A stretch of DNA of 64,000 bases, from positions 64,001-128,000 of the forward strand of contig JBILLK010000025.1 of assembly GCA_044376115.1 (NCBI GenBank), read 5' to 3'. The notes beneath the pieces were generated by a model that ran no database searches, was not told the origin of the DNA, and saw only the letters and a list, made by a program, of their open reading frames with translations. Made by a program: the position numbers and the translations under genes. This DNA comes from Polyangiaceae bacterium. Its GTDB lineage: Bacteria; Myxococcota_A; Polyangia; Polyangiales; Polyangiaceae. Position 1 is the stretch's first letter. Every line of letters starts with the position of its first letter. Below are positions 1-9,910 of the stretch, piece after piece.

Positions 1-294
1 TTTGACGTCCACCGAAGTGCTGCGAAAGTAGGCGGGCAGCAAGCTCGCGCTGACGAACACCACCAAGGTGGCTGCCCAATAAAAGGGGCATACGCGGATC
101 ATGCGCCGCAGCAGAAAGCGGTCGGGATTCTTCGCCCCGATGTACGCGATGATGAAACCGCTGATCACGAAGAAGACGTCGACCCCGCGGTTGCCCACGC
201 TGTACGGGAGGTTCAGCCCAGCTTCGCTCGTGGTGTGGAAGAAGACGACCGAGAGCGCCGCCACCACACGAAGTAGGTGAAGATTAAACAGCAT
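1..294 (-). CDS. Acyltransferase family 3 (OafA-like) protein, N-terminal part; runs off the window
   Basis: Manual translation MLFNLHLLRVVAALSVVFFH...GNRGVDVFFVISGFII...FLLRRMIRVCPFYW matches the AT3 motifs LR..A...V..FH, GVDVFFVISGF and RR..R..P.Y. Not in the ORF track. Confidence 0.88.
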   Translation of the reverse strand, partial: MLFNLHLLRVVAALSVVFFHTTSEAGLNLPYSVGNRGVDVFFVISGFIIAYIGAKNPDRFLLRRMIRVCPFYWAATLVVFVSASLLPAYFRSTSVDVK

Positions 295-438
295 CGTCTG
301 ACTTTCTACGACGCTTTCGCTGTGGTCGGAAGGGCGCTGGACAGTGGCTCGCGGCGCGAGCGGCGCCTTGGTCAAAGCCGCTTGCGGAGAGCCTTCGGGC
401 GAGCGACCATCCCGCGCATCCCTCAGGAGGATGTGCAA

Positions 439-975
439 ATGATTCGTGCTCTCTCAATGCTGGCGGAGGATATCCGCGAGAAGTCTCGCTGGTGCTACAA
501 GAGTGAGAGTCCTAAAGATCTTGCCAAGACGTTGATGACGGACGGCACCTTTTCGATGGTCGTCTACCGCCTGATGCAGGGCTCACGGGACATGAATCTC
601 GGCACGCTCGAGATGGTGTTCAACAAGGTGAACGGCGTCTTCGGAAACTGCATCATTGGCCGTGGCGCAGAGTTCGGCCCGGGCTTCGTGCTGTTCCACT
701 CGAACGGGGTGGTGATCAACGGCAAGGTACGCGGGGGCGAAAAGATCTACCTCCACCACGAGGTCACCTTGGGCGACAACGAGCGCGGGGAGGCACCAAC
801 GCTGGGCAGCAACATTCACTTTGGGGCCGGTGCCAAAGTGATCGGCGGTGTCACCCTCTCCGATGGCGTGCGCGTCGGGGCGAACGCAGTGGTCGTGCAC
901 GACGTCGCCGAGGACACGACGGTGGTGGGCATCCCCGCTAAGCCAGTGAAACGCCGCGACCACGACAAGAAGTGA
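439..975 (+). CDS. Serine O-acetyltransferase-like hexapeptide-repeat acetyltransferase (EPS-associated)
   Basis: IGRGAEFGPG, GAGAKVIGGVTL, IGANAVV-like and TVVGIPAKP motifs; AGGAGG RBS before ATG 439. Confidence 0.85.
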   Translation: MIRALSMLAEDIREKSRWCYKSESPKDLAKTLMTDGTFSMVVYRLMQGSRDMNLGTLEMVFNKVNGVFGNCIIGRGAEFGPGFVLFHSNGVVINGKVRGGEKIYLHHEVTLGDNERGEAPTLGSNIHFGAGAKVIGGVTLSDGVRVGANAVVVHDVAEDTTVVGIPAKPVKRRDHDKK

Positions 976-999
976 CCCCTAGTTAGCGACAAGACCACC

Positions 1000-2169
1000 A
1001 TGAGCGAACAGCAAGAACCGACCTTCCGCGGCCGCAGCATGATCTGCTTTGGTCACGATTGGAGTGGCGATCCACTCTCCAAGACGCACTTGATGCGCCT
1101 GCTCTCGAAAGAGAACAAGATCCTCTGGATCAACTCGATCGGCTACCGCGCGCCCACGGCCTCAGCGCGCGACCTAAAGCGCATCGTCAACAAGCTGAAG
1201 GCCTTCACCGAGCCGGTCAAAGAGGTCGAGAAGAATATCTTCGTGCTCAGCCCCTTGGCGATCCCCGCCTACGGCCTGCCGTTCATGAAGGAGATCAACC
1301 GCGAGCTGCTCAAGTTGCAGATCAAGAGAGCGATGAAGCGGCTTGGCTTCTCCAGGCCGATCAATTGGGTGTTCAACCCGACGGGATCGGTGGTCGCTGG
1401 CTCGCTCGGTGAGGACGCGGTGGTTTACTACTGTGTGGACGAGTTCACCGCTTTCCACGACGCTGGCACCGGCGCGATGGTCGAAATGGAGCGCCAGCTC
1501 CTGCGAAAAGCGGATCTCGTGGTCGTCTCGGCCGAGCGCTTGCTCAAGGCGAAGTCGCCCGAGAATCCGAACACCGTGCTCATCCGCCACGGTGTCGACT
1601 ACGATCACTTCCGCAAGACGTTGCTCGCCGAGACGGTGATCCCCGACGAGATCAAAGATCTGCCGAAGCCAGTGCTCGGTTACTTCGGTCTGATGGCCAA
1701 AGATTGGATCGATGTGCCGCTGTTAGAGAAGCTCGCGCGCAAGTACGCCCACGGTTCGTTGGTCTTACTCGGCCACGTGAACATGGATATGGGCGCGCTT
1801 CCTTCAATGCCGAACGTGCACTTGCTCGGACGTAAGAAGTTCTCTGACCTGCCCGCCTATTCGAAGGGCTTCGACGTTGCGCTCAACGTGTTCCCCATCA
1901 ACGAGGTGACCAAGAGCGCCAACCCGCTCAAGGTACGCGAGTATCTTGCGGCGGGCTTGCCGGTGGTTTCGCCGCGCATTCCAGAGGTCGAAGTGCTTGG
2001 GGACCAGGTCTTCGTTGCCGACGACCACGACGACTACCTGCGTAAGGTGGAAGAGGCGCTCAAAGACCCAGGGCCGAAGAATGAGCGCAGCTTGGCCATG
2101 AAGGATGAGAGCTGGGCTGGGCGCGTGCGAGAACTCGCGCGTCAGTTCGCCCGCGTCGCGCGAATCTGA
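1000..2169 (+). CDS. GT-B fold glycosyltransferase (TuaH-like)
   Basis: VVYYCVDEF, ADLVVVSA, HGVDYDHF and NPLKVREYLAAGLPVVS motifs. Confidence 0.9.
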   Translation: MSEQQEPTFRGRSMICFGHDWSGDPLSKTHLMRLLSKENKILWINSIGYRAPTASARDLKRIVNKLKAFTEPVKEVEKNIFVLSPLAIPAYGLPFMKEINRELLKLQIKRAMKRLGFSRPINWVFNPTGSVVAGSLGEDAVVYYCVDEFTAFHDAGTGAMVEMERQLLRKADLVVVSAERLLKAKSPENPNTVLIRHGVDYDHFRKTLLAETVIPDEIKDLPKPVLGYFGLMAKDWIDVPLLEKLARKYAHGSLVLLGHVNMDMGALPSMPNVHLLGRKKFSDLPAYSKGFDVALNVFPINEVTKSANPLKVREYLAAGLPVVSPRIPEVEVLGDQVFVADDHDDYLRKVEEALKDPGPKNERSLAMKDESWAGRVRELARQFARVARI

Positions 2170-2191
2170 GCTTCAGCTCAAGGTGAACGCA

Positions 2192-2226
2192 GCGAGGGGT
2201 CGAAAGGCCCCTCGTTTGCTTTTGTT
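2192..2226 (+). terminator. Probable intrinsic terminator
   Basis: Stem CGAGGGGTC-GAAA-GGCCCCTCG followed by TTTGCTTTTGTT, just after the glycosyltransferase stop and between convergent genes. Confidence 0.7.
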
Positions 2227-2273
2227 CGCTCCAAAGCTGGCCCCAAACGTGGACCATCGTGCTGCCGGCAGCC

Positions 2274-3647
2274 CTAGTGGCCCTTCGACTTGAGAAGCAC
2301 TCGGAGCATCACTGGGAACAGTAGACACACCGTCGTGACGGCTGCCTTTTCGGCCAGACTGAGTTTGATCTCGAACGTCGGATCGTGTCGGCGAATGGTC
2401 GCGTAGAGCCCGCCGGAGAAGCCGAAGTAGATCCAAAGCACCTGGTGATAGGTGAAGGACAAGAAGAACGCTCCGATCGCGATCCCGGCGAAACTGGCGA
2501 GCATGCCGAGGCACGAGGTGTACGCGACCTTTGCTTCAGGGCGGTTCGCGTAGCGGCGCATACCCAAGATCGGGATCTTCAGCGAGATGTAGAGGATGAA
2601 GCCAAAAACAATCAGCCCAACGATGCCAAGCTCGGCCAACGCGAGCAGATAGCTGTTGTGGGCGGTGAGGCTGTGGTGCTGCGTAAACTGCCCCCAACCA
2701 ACGCCGTAGATCGGCCGGGACTGCACCATGTTGAGCCCTTCAACCAGGATCTCGGTGCGCTCGTCAGAGGACGCCTTGGCTTCGTCGCCGGAGCGACCAC
2801 CCAAAAGCAACATCGGTGCACCGAGAATGCCGCCAACCAGCGCGCCCTTCCAGCCGAACTTCTGGATGGAGTAGGTAGCGATAACGGCGAGCAGCACCAG
2901 GATGCCACCGCGCGATTGGGTGAAGATGATCGTCGTAGCGACCACACCAAGAGCGACGATCAGCGTGAGGATACGACCGATGCTCTGCTTGCGGGCTACC
3001 CGCACGACAAGCCACGGCAAGGCCGCGCCGATGGTCAGCGATACCTCGTTCGGGTCCTTCAAGACCCCGCGATAACGCACGCGACCGCGGCCGACGCTCA
3101 CGGTGTCGAAGAGACCGGAACGCTCACAGCGGTAGTTGGCTCCCGGTTCAGCGTCGCCCAGGAGGCACTCATCCTCGTTGATGCAAGGCCGCCCGTCTGC
3201 CCGCAATGACTCTTGCTCGGAGCCGGATTGAATGGCGCACCCAAGCGGCGCAAAGCCCTGATGGAAGCAGACCCCGGCTACGAACATGCTCGCCAGCACC
3301 AACGCGCCTGACACCGTGTCGAAAACGCGGAACGACCGCTGGCCGAGCGAGAGCATGAAGAACAGGACGACGACGATGATGAGATCGATCGCCGCCTTGG
3401 TGAGGGGCCCGGCGCCAGCGTTGGCGACGAGCGAGCCCAGCGACCAAGGGACGAAGAAGGCGATGTACGGCCACTGGGGCGGTGGATCGAGCCGGGTGAG
3501 CCCAAGCTTGAGATCGATCACGAGGCCGAGCAGCGTGAGACCGAGGAAGCCGTAAAGCAGCGGAAACGCCTCGAGTCCGGGGATGAACTCTTGCGGCTTG
3601 ATCAGGATCAAGAGGAGGAGGGCTGCCAGCCCCGGGAACGCGAACAT
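2274..3647 (-). CDS. O-antigen ligase / Wzy-family membrane protein
   Basis: Many TM segments; GVLKDPNE, TQSRGG, PIYGVGWGQF and AHNSYLLALAELGIVG motifs. Confidence 0.85.
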   Translation of the reverse strand: MFAFPGLAALLLLILIKPQEFIPGLEAFPLLYGFLGLTLLGLVIDLKLGLTRLDPPPQWPYIAFFVPWSLGSLVANAGAGPLTKAAIDLIIVVVLFFMLSLGQRSFRVFDTVSGALVLASMFVAGVCFHQGFAPLGCAIQSGSEQESLRADGRPCINEDECLLGDAEPGANYRCERSGLFDTVSVGRGRVRYRGVLKDPNEVSLTIGAALPWLVVRVARKQSIGRILTLIVALGVVATTIIFTQSRGGILVLLAVIATYSIQKFGWKGALVGGILGAPMLLLGGRSGDEAKASSDERTEILVEGLNMVQSRPIYGVGWGQFTQHHSLTAHNSYLLALAELGIVGLIVFGFILYISLKIPILGMRRYANRPEAKVAYTSCLGMLASFAGIAIGAFFLSFTYHQVLWIYFGFSGGLYATIRRHDPTFEIKLSLAEKAAVTTVCLLFPVMLRVLLKSKGH

Positions 3648-3810
3648 CGGTTACGTGGAGGTCGCCGACCGACAGCTCGAAACCGCGCCCCATGCTCGCG
3701 ATTTTTTCGCCCGGCGACCGCTCAGCCTCATGGGAAACGTGTACCCGGCGCGAGCGAACCTGGCAATGGGAAGTCGAACGGCCCGCAGCGGATGAAGCCG
3801 CGTAACGCGC

Positions 3811-4458
3811 TCAGTCAGTGGTGGGTACCAAGGCGTGAACCAGGGTGGCCTCCCGGTTGCGGGAGGAGGAGAAGCGGGCGTCGGCGGCGCGAATCACCCG
3901 CGCCATGCAGCGAGCCGCGGGCTCGTATTCGGGCGAGCGGGCGGTGGCCACGACGCTGGTGCGGTCGATGCGACCGAGGCTGTCGACGCGGAACTCGATC
4001 TGCACCGTCTCCGGCGGCAAGATACCCCCGCTCGGGCCGCGGCATTGCTCGACCAGGTCGAAGTGAAGCGTGGAACGAAGATCGCGCTCGGCCGAGGTGC
4101 TCGAGGCACGCCGCGGCGGCTCGAGTTTGACGCGACTAAGGGACACGGCGGCGCTCGGGGCCGAGCTTGTGAACGCCGACGCCTCGGGTTTGGTGGCGAT
4201 CAGCGTGCCGCTTGGGGACGTGGGAGGAAGGGGCGCGGGTGCAGCGGCCAAGATCTCGTCTTTGGCGCGCGGGTCGATTGGCAACGCGGCTTGGTTGACC
4301 TCCACTGACGAGACCGGCACCAAGTTGGTCACGATCTCGTAGCCGACGGTGGCTGATGACGTAGGACGGGCTTGCGAATCGTCCGCGCATCCCGGCCAAC
4401 AAAGGCCGACGCCGATTGCCAACCAGGCAAGGCTGCTGCGAGTACGCGCGCGAGTCAT
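3811..4458 (-). CDS. Putative lipoprotein with C-terminal AgmX/PglI (TonB-C-like) domain
   Basis: Lipobox-like WPGC, Pro/Ser linker, then VEQCR...VQIEFRVDSLGRI...ARCMARVIR. Confidence 0.5.
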   Translation of the reverse strand: MTRARTRSSLAWLAIGVGLCWPGCADDSQARPTSSATVGYEIVTNLVPVSSVEVNQAALPIDPRAKDEILAAAPAPLPPTSPSGTLIATKPEASAFTSSAPSAAVSLSRVKLEPPRRASSTSAERDLRSTLHFDLVEQCRGPSGGILPPETVQIEFRVDSLGRIDRTSVVATARSPEYEPAARCMARVIRAADARFSSSRNREATLVHALVPTTD

Positions 4459-4534
4459 ATCGACGACGAGCTGTAGCTGCTAATCGACTGCGCTTGAAGC
4501 ACGTTGCTACCGATCGTTCGCATAGTATGCGCCG

Positions 4535-6439
4535 ATGAACCGCGGCTTCGGACAATTGAAGCAATTGCTTTCGGCGCTTGCTTCCGCCCGCACCGAAGCG
4601 GGTCCTCGCTTCGTTTGGCGCGCCGCAGGCGTCGCGGGGCTCGCGTCGCTCGCGGGGGTGGTCATGGGGCTCGTACCCGCCTTCGTCGGGTTGGGCGTGC
4701 ATTCCTTGGGTGGCCAGGGTCCAAGACCCCCCGGCATGTTGGCCTTCATCGCGCGCTTTGCGCTTCCCGGCTGGGCGACGCTGCTCTTGGCCATCGTGCT
4801 GGTTGCGGCGGCCGTGCTGTTTGGCTTCGCCTCCAGTCGCGCAGCGGCCGTCTTCTCCGCTGAGGCCACGCGCGATCTGCGGCGTTTGATGATGGCGCGC
4901 CTGCTCGTGGCCTCTCCGCGCACCATCGACGCGCTGGGCGCCGAGCTGGCCGGCGCAAAGCCTGGCCCTGCGCCCCCCGGCATCGTGCTGAAGACGCCAC
5001 CCTCGGCGGATGCGATCAAGCTCGCCGTACTGCGCGACGGTCAGATGGCCGCGGAGCTTTGTGTTTCGGCGATCTCCAGCTTACCGCAGACGCTCGTTGG
5101 CCTCGTTACGCTTGGCATCGATCTGGCGCTGAGTGGCAGCGGGTTGGTCGCGTTGATTGGCGTATTTGTGTTCGGCTCGTCCAGGCTGCTCTCTCTGCGC
5201 TCCTCGCGACGGATGGCCGAGCGCACGCGAGCGCTCGCACAGGCGGATGCAGCGGCTTTCGCCGAGGTCTCCGAGAAGCTCGCCTGCCTCGACGATTTTC
5301 GGCTCGCGGGCGCTGGGGCGCTCGCCAAGCAGGAAACCGATGAAGCGCTGAGCAAGGCTGCGGAGGGCAAAAAGGAGGTGGCCAAGGTTGTCGCTGAGAG
5401 CGGCCAGATCGCGAGCCTTGTGACGACCCTGGCGCCGTTGCTCGTGCTGATCTTCCTCCATCTCTCCGGTCGCACGGTCAGCCCGCCGGAGATCGCCCAG
5501 CTGCTGGTGTCGTTGCCATTGATCGTCGGGCGCTTGGGGGCGCTCGACGGATTGCGGGTGGCCGTGATCGAGAAGCAGAGCGTACTCGAGTCGATCGGCG
5601 CCATCTTGCAGGTGCCGCACGCGACGGGGGCCTTCGCGCCTTCGGCCTTGCTGAAAGAACAAGGGCTCGATCTCGTGTTCGACAAAGTAGGCTTCGAACT
5701 CAAGGCGGAGGGCTCGAGCAAGACCATTCTGCGCGAGGTGAGCTTGACCATTCCGCAGGGCAGCGTGGTCGGGCTGTGCGGTCCCAGTGGCTGCGGTAAG
5801 AGCACCCTACTGCGGCTTCTGCTTCGGCTCGACGACCCCTCGAGCGGCGTGCTGAAGGTCGGTGATCGATCGATCGCTGAACTCAGCCCAGCCGATCTTT
5901 CGCAGGTCTTCGCGGCCGAGCTGCAGTCCGGCAAGCTGCTCGGCCGCAGCATTCGCGACAACGTCCTCTTGCACGCTTTGAGCCTCGAGCCGACGCTCGC
6001 GGAGCAAGAAGCGACGGCGCGTGCGCGCGCAGCGCTCGAGCTGGCACAGATCCCTGGCTTGGCTGCAGCCGAAGGCCTGGCCAAGCGCTTCGTCGCCGTG
6101 CCGCCCAACCTCTCGGGCGGTGAACAGAAGCGCGTGCTCGTGGCGCGTGCTCTCGCCAGCAGCGCCCGGGTCATTGTGCTCGACGAGCCGGAGGCCGGGC
6201 TCCCCGACGATACGGCGAAGAAGCTGTTCGACGCCGTGATCGCCAATCGGCAGGGGCGGACGGTGATCGCCGTCACCCACTCGCCAGCGCTGTTCGCTTC
6301 CGACTTCAACGTCGTGATGGAGCGCGGCGAGGTGAAAGACGTTGGGCCCCACGCGACGTTGCTCGAGCGCTGTGAGGCCTACCGGGCGCTGGTCGCCGGT
6401 GAGGGCGCGAAGCCCAAACCCGCACCAACGAGGCCCTAG
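4535..6439 (+). CDS. ABC transporter, fused permease and ATP-binding protein
   Basis: N-terminal TM helices; Walker A GPSGCGKS, signature LSGGEQKR, Walker B VIVLDEPE, H-loop VTH. Confidence 0.9.
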   Translation: MNRGFGQLKQLLSALASARTEAGPRFVWRAAGVAGLASLAGVVMGLVPAFVGLGVHSLGGQGPRPPGMLAFIARFALPGWATLLLAIVLVAAAVLFGFASSRAAAVFSAEATRDLRRLMMARLLVASPRTIDALGAELAGAKPGPAPPGIVLKTPPSADAIKLAVLRDGQMAAELCVSAISSLPQTLVGLVTLGIDLALSGSGLVALIGVFVFGSSRLLSLRSSRRMAERTRALAQADAAAFAEVSEKLACLDDFRLAGAGALAKQETDEALSKAAEGKKEVAKVVAESGQIASLVTTLAPLLVLIFLHLSGRTVSPPEIAQLLVSLPLIVGRLGALDGLRVAVIEKQSVLESIGAILQVPHATGAFAPSALLKEQGLDLVFDKVGFELKAEGSSKTILREVSLTIPQGSVVGLCGPSGCGKSTLLRLLLRLDDPSSGVLKVGDRSIAELSPADLSQVFAAELQSGKLLGRSIRDNVLLHALSLEPTLAEQEATARARAALELAQIPGLAAAEGLAKRFVAVPPNLSGGEQKRVLVARALASSARVIVLDEPEAGLPDDTAKKLFDAVIANRQGRTVIAVTHSPALFASDFNVVMERGEVKDVGPHATLLERCEAYRALVAGEGAKPKPAPTRP

Positions 6440-6699
6440 GCGAACGTGCCGCGGCGCGATGCGAGCCCGCCCAGCAGCAACAACACGATCGAGCCCAATA
6501 CGCTACCAACCAGGCCCACCGTGTTGAACTCCGACCACGAATGGGGTGACACGAAGCTCGCCAGCAAAGCCCCAACGAAGGACCCGGCCACGCCGAGCAG
6601 GATCGTCATCACCCAGCCCATGCTCTGGGAGCCAGGCGTTACCGCGCGAGCGATCAAACCGACAATCAAACCGAAAGCGAGAAACCAAAGTAGACCCAT
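6436..6699 (-). CDS. GlsB/YeaQ/YmgE family stress-response membrane protein
   Basis: GLIVGLIARAVTPG...TILLGVAGSFVG...GSVLGSIVLL; AGGAG RBS. Confidence 0.9.
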   Translation of the reverse strand: MGLLWFLAFGLIVGLIARAVTPGSQSMGWVMTILLGVAGSFVGALLASFVSPHSWSEFNTVGLVGSVLGSIVLLLLGGLASRRGTFA

Positions 6700-6724
6700 C
6701 GCAGGCTCCTTTCGGAAGCAGGAT

Positions 6725-7264
6725 TTAGAGACTTCGTTCCATCGTGGGCACGTGTGCTTCGCCCGTTGAGACGATGTGTTTGGCCCCGTTCGTTTCCAGC
6801 ACTTGTTTGGCGAGCAGACGCTCGGTCTCGTTCTCGCAGTGGACCGAGACCAAGATATTGCCGCCGCGCAGCTTGCCTTCGTATTGCTTGGCCACGAGCT
6901 CGGGCACGCCCATCCCGACGAGTCCGCCTACGATGCCCACGGCTGCTGCGCCGACTGCCGCACCGCCCAGCGCAGCAAAGATGGGACCGACGGCGAGGAA
7001 CGGTCCAATGCCAGGAACGGCCAGAAGGCCAAGCCCTGCGAGCAAACCCAGCGTGCCGCCGACGGCTCCGCCGGCGCCTACGCCCATGAGCGCGCCTTCG
7101 GGCGCCTTGGTGTGCTGCTCATGCGCAAAGTCGCGCGTCCCGCCTTTGTCCGGTAGCAGCGCCGAGATGTCGTTCGTACCGAAGCCGGCCTGTTGCAGGC
7201 TGTGCACTGTGTTCTCGGACTGTTGACGTGATGCGATAATGCCGAAGACGGTCTTCTTTACCAT
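6725..7264 (-). CDS. General-stress / glycine-zipper membrane protein (DUF3341-like)
   Basis: GFGTNDISAL...TKAPEGA...GGTLGLLAGLGLLAVPGIGPFLAVGP...YEGKLRGGNILVSVH; AAGGAG RBS before ATG 7264. Confidence 0.75.
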   Translation of the reverse strand: MVKKTVFGIIASRQQSENTVHSLQQAGFGTNDISALLPDKGGTRDFAHEQHTKAPEGALMGVGAGGAVGGTLGLLAGLGLLAVPGIGPFLAVGPIFAALGGAAVGAAAVGIVGGLVGMGVPELVAKQYEGKLRGGNILVSVHCENETERLLAKQVLETNGAKHIVSTGEAHVPTMERSL

Positions 7265-7308
7265 TGAGCTGCTCCTTGGCCTCGTTGACGGGCCTCGAGC
7301 AGCACCTC

Positions 7309-7323
7309 GCAACATGCGTGCCC
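7309..7323 (-). promoter_or_regulatory. Candidate sigma-54 (-24/-12) promoter
   Basis: Minus strand reads GGGCACGCATGTTGC against consensus TGGCACG-N4-TTGC, about 45 bp upstream of ATG 7264. Confidence 0.65.
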
Positions 7324-7434
7324 CGACTGCGCGGTCGATTGCACGCTGATTCACCGCTGTTTGCACGCTCCGACTGAGCGATAACGCTCAGTGGGGCAAG
7401 CCTGCGCGGAGCACGGCGGTTCGCCGTTTCGCGG

Positions 7435-8907
7435 CTAGGGCGCGAGCCGCGCTACAACGAAATCGAAGGAGTTGTCCTCGGCGGGGAACTGCCGCTCACC
7501 AAACGCGATCGCCCCCTGCACGTTGGCCAACACGTAGACGCTGTCGCCTTCACCGATCGCCACGTCGACCGCGGTTTGATTCTCAGCGTCCCCATAGTGC
7601 TCGAAGCTTTCCAGCGTGTCGTCGGTGAAGCGCGCGACGAACACGTCGCTCTTGCCGGCGCTTTCAAACGACGCGGCTCCGACCTGCAACGAGCCCTCGA
7701 AGTCGCCCACCACCACCACGCGGCCGGTGCTGTCCACCGCGACGCCCTTCGCAAACTGATCGAGCGGCCCACCGATGGCGAACGCCGAGAGCGCCTGCCC
7801 GGTCTCGTCGAAGCGAGCGACGAAGATGTCGGTATCGCCGCTGCTTTGCAGTGGGCCCGTACCGAAGTCGATCGAGCCCTCGAAGTCTCCGACCACCACG
7901 AACTCGTCGGTAGCGGGTATGACCGCAATGGCCCGACCGAACTGGTCGTTGGCATCGCCGAAGGCACGAATGAAGGTGGGGGTCGCTTGTCCACTTGCGG
8001 GTTGGGACTCAAACCCAACCACCACCACGTCGTTACCGCCGCCGGTTGGGTCGAGAACCTTGGTGGTCGGCGCAGCTCCTAGCCATCCCGTCGCGAAGAC
8101 TGCGCCACTCTCGTTTGCGGCAACCGAACTGAAGGCATCATCTTCCGCGGAGCCGAGGGCGAACCCAGCGTGGCGCCCACTGCTGTCGTTGTTCCAAAGC
8201 ATGAAAGCGTCCAGCTTCCCAGCCGAATCCACCTGGAACGTGATGTCGAGCATGCCGGAGAAGTTGCCGACGGTGACCGTCTTTCCGAGGTTGTCGAAGG
8301 TAATGCCGAGGCCCTTGTTTGAAGGGAGGGCATTGCTCCACAGAAGCGCTCCGGCCGGGTCGAACTTGGCCGTCCATTGCTCGCTTTGGTTGGCGTTTAG
8401 ATTGAAGAGAGAGCCGCTGTGAGAGCCGGTCATCGCCAGCTGCTCCGTTTGTCGCGAGGCGGCCAAGCCGAAGACTTCCTGCAGGTTTGCGTCGCCTGAG
8501 GCGATGCCCCAGCTCGGGTTGCCGTCGTCGAGTAGCGAAAGCAATAGGACGTCATCGCTGCCCGCGCTGGTGACCGTGACATTGTCTACGGTAAGTGTCC
8601 CCTGCAGGTTCGCCGCTACGACCACTCCGTCCGAGCGGGCGCTCAGCGCCGAAGCGCGTTGGTCGTCGGGAGCAGTGAAACGCCGCGCCCATTCAACCTC
8701 GAAGGCTGCAACGCTGTTGTTACCGCCTCCGGCGGTTCCACTCGATCCAGCGCTTCCTCCTGCCGCCCCTCCTCCTCCGATCGCATCGGTTCCGGCGCTC
8801 GCACCCGACCCAACAGCAAAGCGGCCGTCCTCCGAGTTGCAAGCCAGTGAAACAAGGAGGCTGGCGAGGGTGACCGCCAAAAGCGGGTAGCGGGCGTTGG
8901 ACACCAT
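7435..8907 (-). CDS. Lipoprotein with beta-propeller (SBBP-like) repeats
   Basis: Lipobox SLAC, Gly-rich linker, repeated VVVGDFEGS / SAG..DVFVARF units. Confidence 0.75.
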   Translation of the reverse strand: MVSNARYPLLAVTLASLLVSLACNSEDGRFAVGSGASAGTDAIGGGGAAGGSAGSSGTAGGGNNSVAAFEVEWARRFTAPDDQRASALSARSDGVVVAANLQGTLTVDNVTVTSAGSDDVLLLSLLDDGNPSWGIASGDANLQEVFGLAASRQTEQLAMTGSHSGSLFNLNANQSEQWTAKFDPAGALLWSNALPSNKGLGITFDNLGKTVTVGNFSGMLDITFQVDSAGKLDAFMLWNNDSSGRHAGFALGSAEDDAFSSVAANESGAVFATGWLGAAPTTKVLDPTGGGNDVVVVGFESQPASGQATPTFIRAFGDANDQFGRAIAVIPATDEFVVVGDFEGSIDFGTGPLQSSGDTDIFVARFDETGQALSAFAIGGPLDQFAKGVAVDSTGRVVVVGDFEGSLQVGAASFESAGKSDVFVARFTDDTLESFEHYGDAENQTAVDVAIGEGDSVYVLANVQGAIAFGERQFPAEDNSFDFVVARLAP

Positions 8908-8908
8908 A

Positions 8909-9910
8909 TTAAAACTGCGCCTCCCACATCGCGCCCGAGCCCTGCGGGAACGGTACGATACGCCCAACGCTGGTGGCCTCCGAGCGGGTGAAGTGTTCGA
9001 TCAAGACTCCAGCGACGGTACCGAGGATGGTCGCGCCGCCCGCCACACTCAGGCCGACGAACATACCGAAGTCGAAGTTTTTGCGCCGATTGTCAGCGCT
9101 CGGATCGTAGGCGGCGGCGGGGTCACACACGCGATCTTCACCGCAGCCATCGTCCAGCGCGCTCTCGGCCGCGAAGCCGTCGATGCGAAAGCCTAGACCA
9201 GCCCCAAGGGCGACGACGCCCAGTGAACCGGTGATGAAGGGCCATACCGGCAGGGCAGCGGGTGGGGCGGGCGGCGGAGCCACTGCAACGTTGGGCGTGC
9301 GTGCCAGCGCGACCTCGAGCGCCAACGTTTCACCTTCGCGCAGGCTGAGGGTTTTCTCGAACGCATCAAAGCCCGGTGCACGCACTTGCAGAGTGTGCTC
9401 CCCCGGATCCATCGGGATCGGGTCATCCAAGGTGCCGCGCGGTAGCTCCACCCCGTCACGGAAAACCGCCGTACCCTCGACCCGCGGCGAGAGACCGAGT
9501 CGCAGCTTGGGCACGCGCGGCTCGAGCGCTGTGATGGTCTTCGTGATCACGTCATCGAGCGTTTTTTTGCGCTCATCTCCGAGGGTGTCCTGATTCAACG
9601 TCCTAGCTCGCAACAGCTCCGTCCAGGCCGAGGCGGTCTTGTTGAAGTGCTCGAGGCAATTAGCGACGTTGATCGACGTCGAAGCCACCGGATCGAGCTG
9701 CATGCTGGCGTCGAACTTCGCGCACGCGCCCTCCCAATCATTCTTCGTCAGGAGCTCGCGTCCGGCTTGATACAGCGCTTCGGCCGCTGCTGGATCGCGC
9801 GGGGCGCGTTGCGGCGGTGGTTCTACCGGAGTGCGTGCGAAGGCTGGGGAGACAGACGCGAGAAAGCAACCAACGGACAAGGGAGCAATGAGATGGGACC
9901 GAAAATTCAT
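8909..9910 (-). CDS. TPR + PEGA domain membrane protein
   Basis: Signal peptide; AAAEALYQAGRELL...ACAKFDASMQLDP; PIPMDPGEHTLQVRAPG; C-terminal TM segments. Confidence 0.8.
   Translation of the reverse strand: MNFRSHLIAPLSVGCFLASVSPAFARTPVEPPPQRAPRDPAAAEALYQAGRELLTKNDWEGACAKFDASMQLDPVASTSINVANCLEHFNKTASAWTELLRARTLNQDTLGDERKKTLDDVITKTITALEPRVPKLRLGLSPRVEGTAVFRDGVELPRGTLDDPIPMDPGEHTLQVRAPGFDAFEKTLSLREGETLALEVALARTPNVAVAPPPAPPAALPVWPFITGSLGVVALGAGLGFRIDGFAAESALDDGCGEDRVCDPAAAYDPSADNRRKNFDFGMFVGLSVAGGATILGTVAGVLIEHFTRSEATSVGRIVPFPQGSGAMWEAQF

Noticed and set aside
277..438. N-terminal extension of the acetyltransferase ORF
   Set aside because: Overlaps the divergent acyltransferase start; a strong RBS supports ATG 439.
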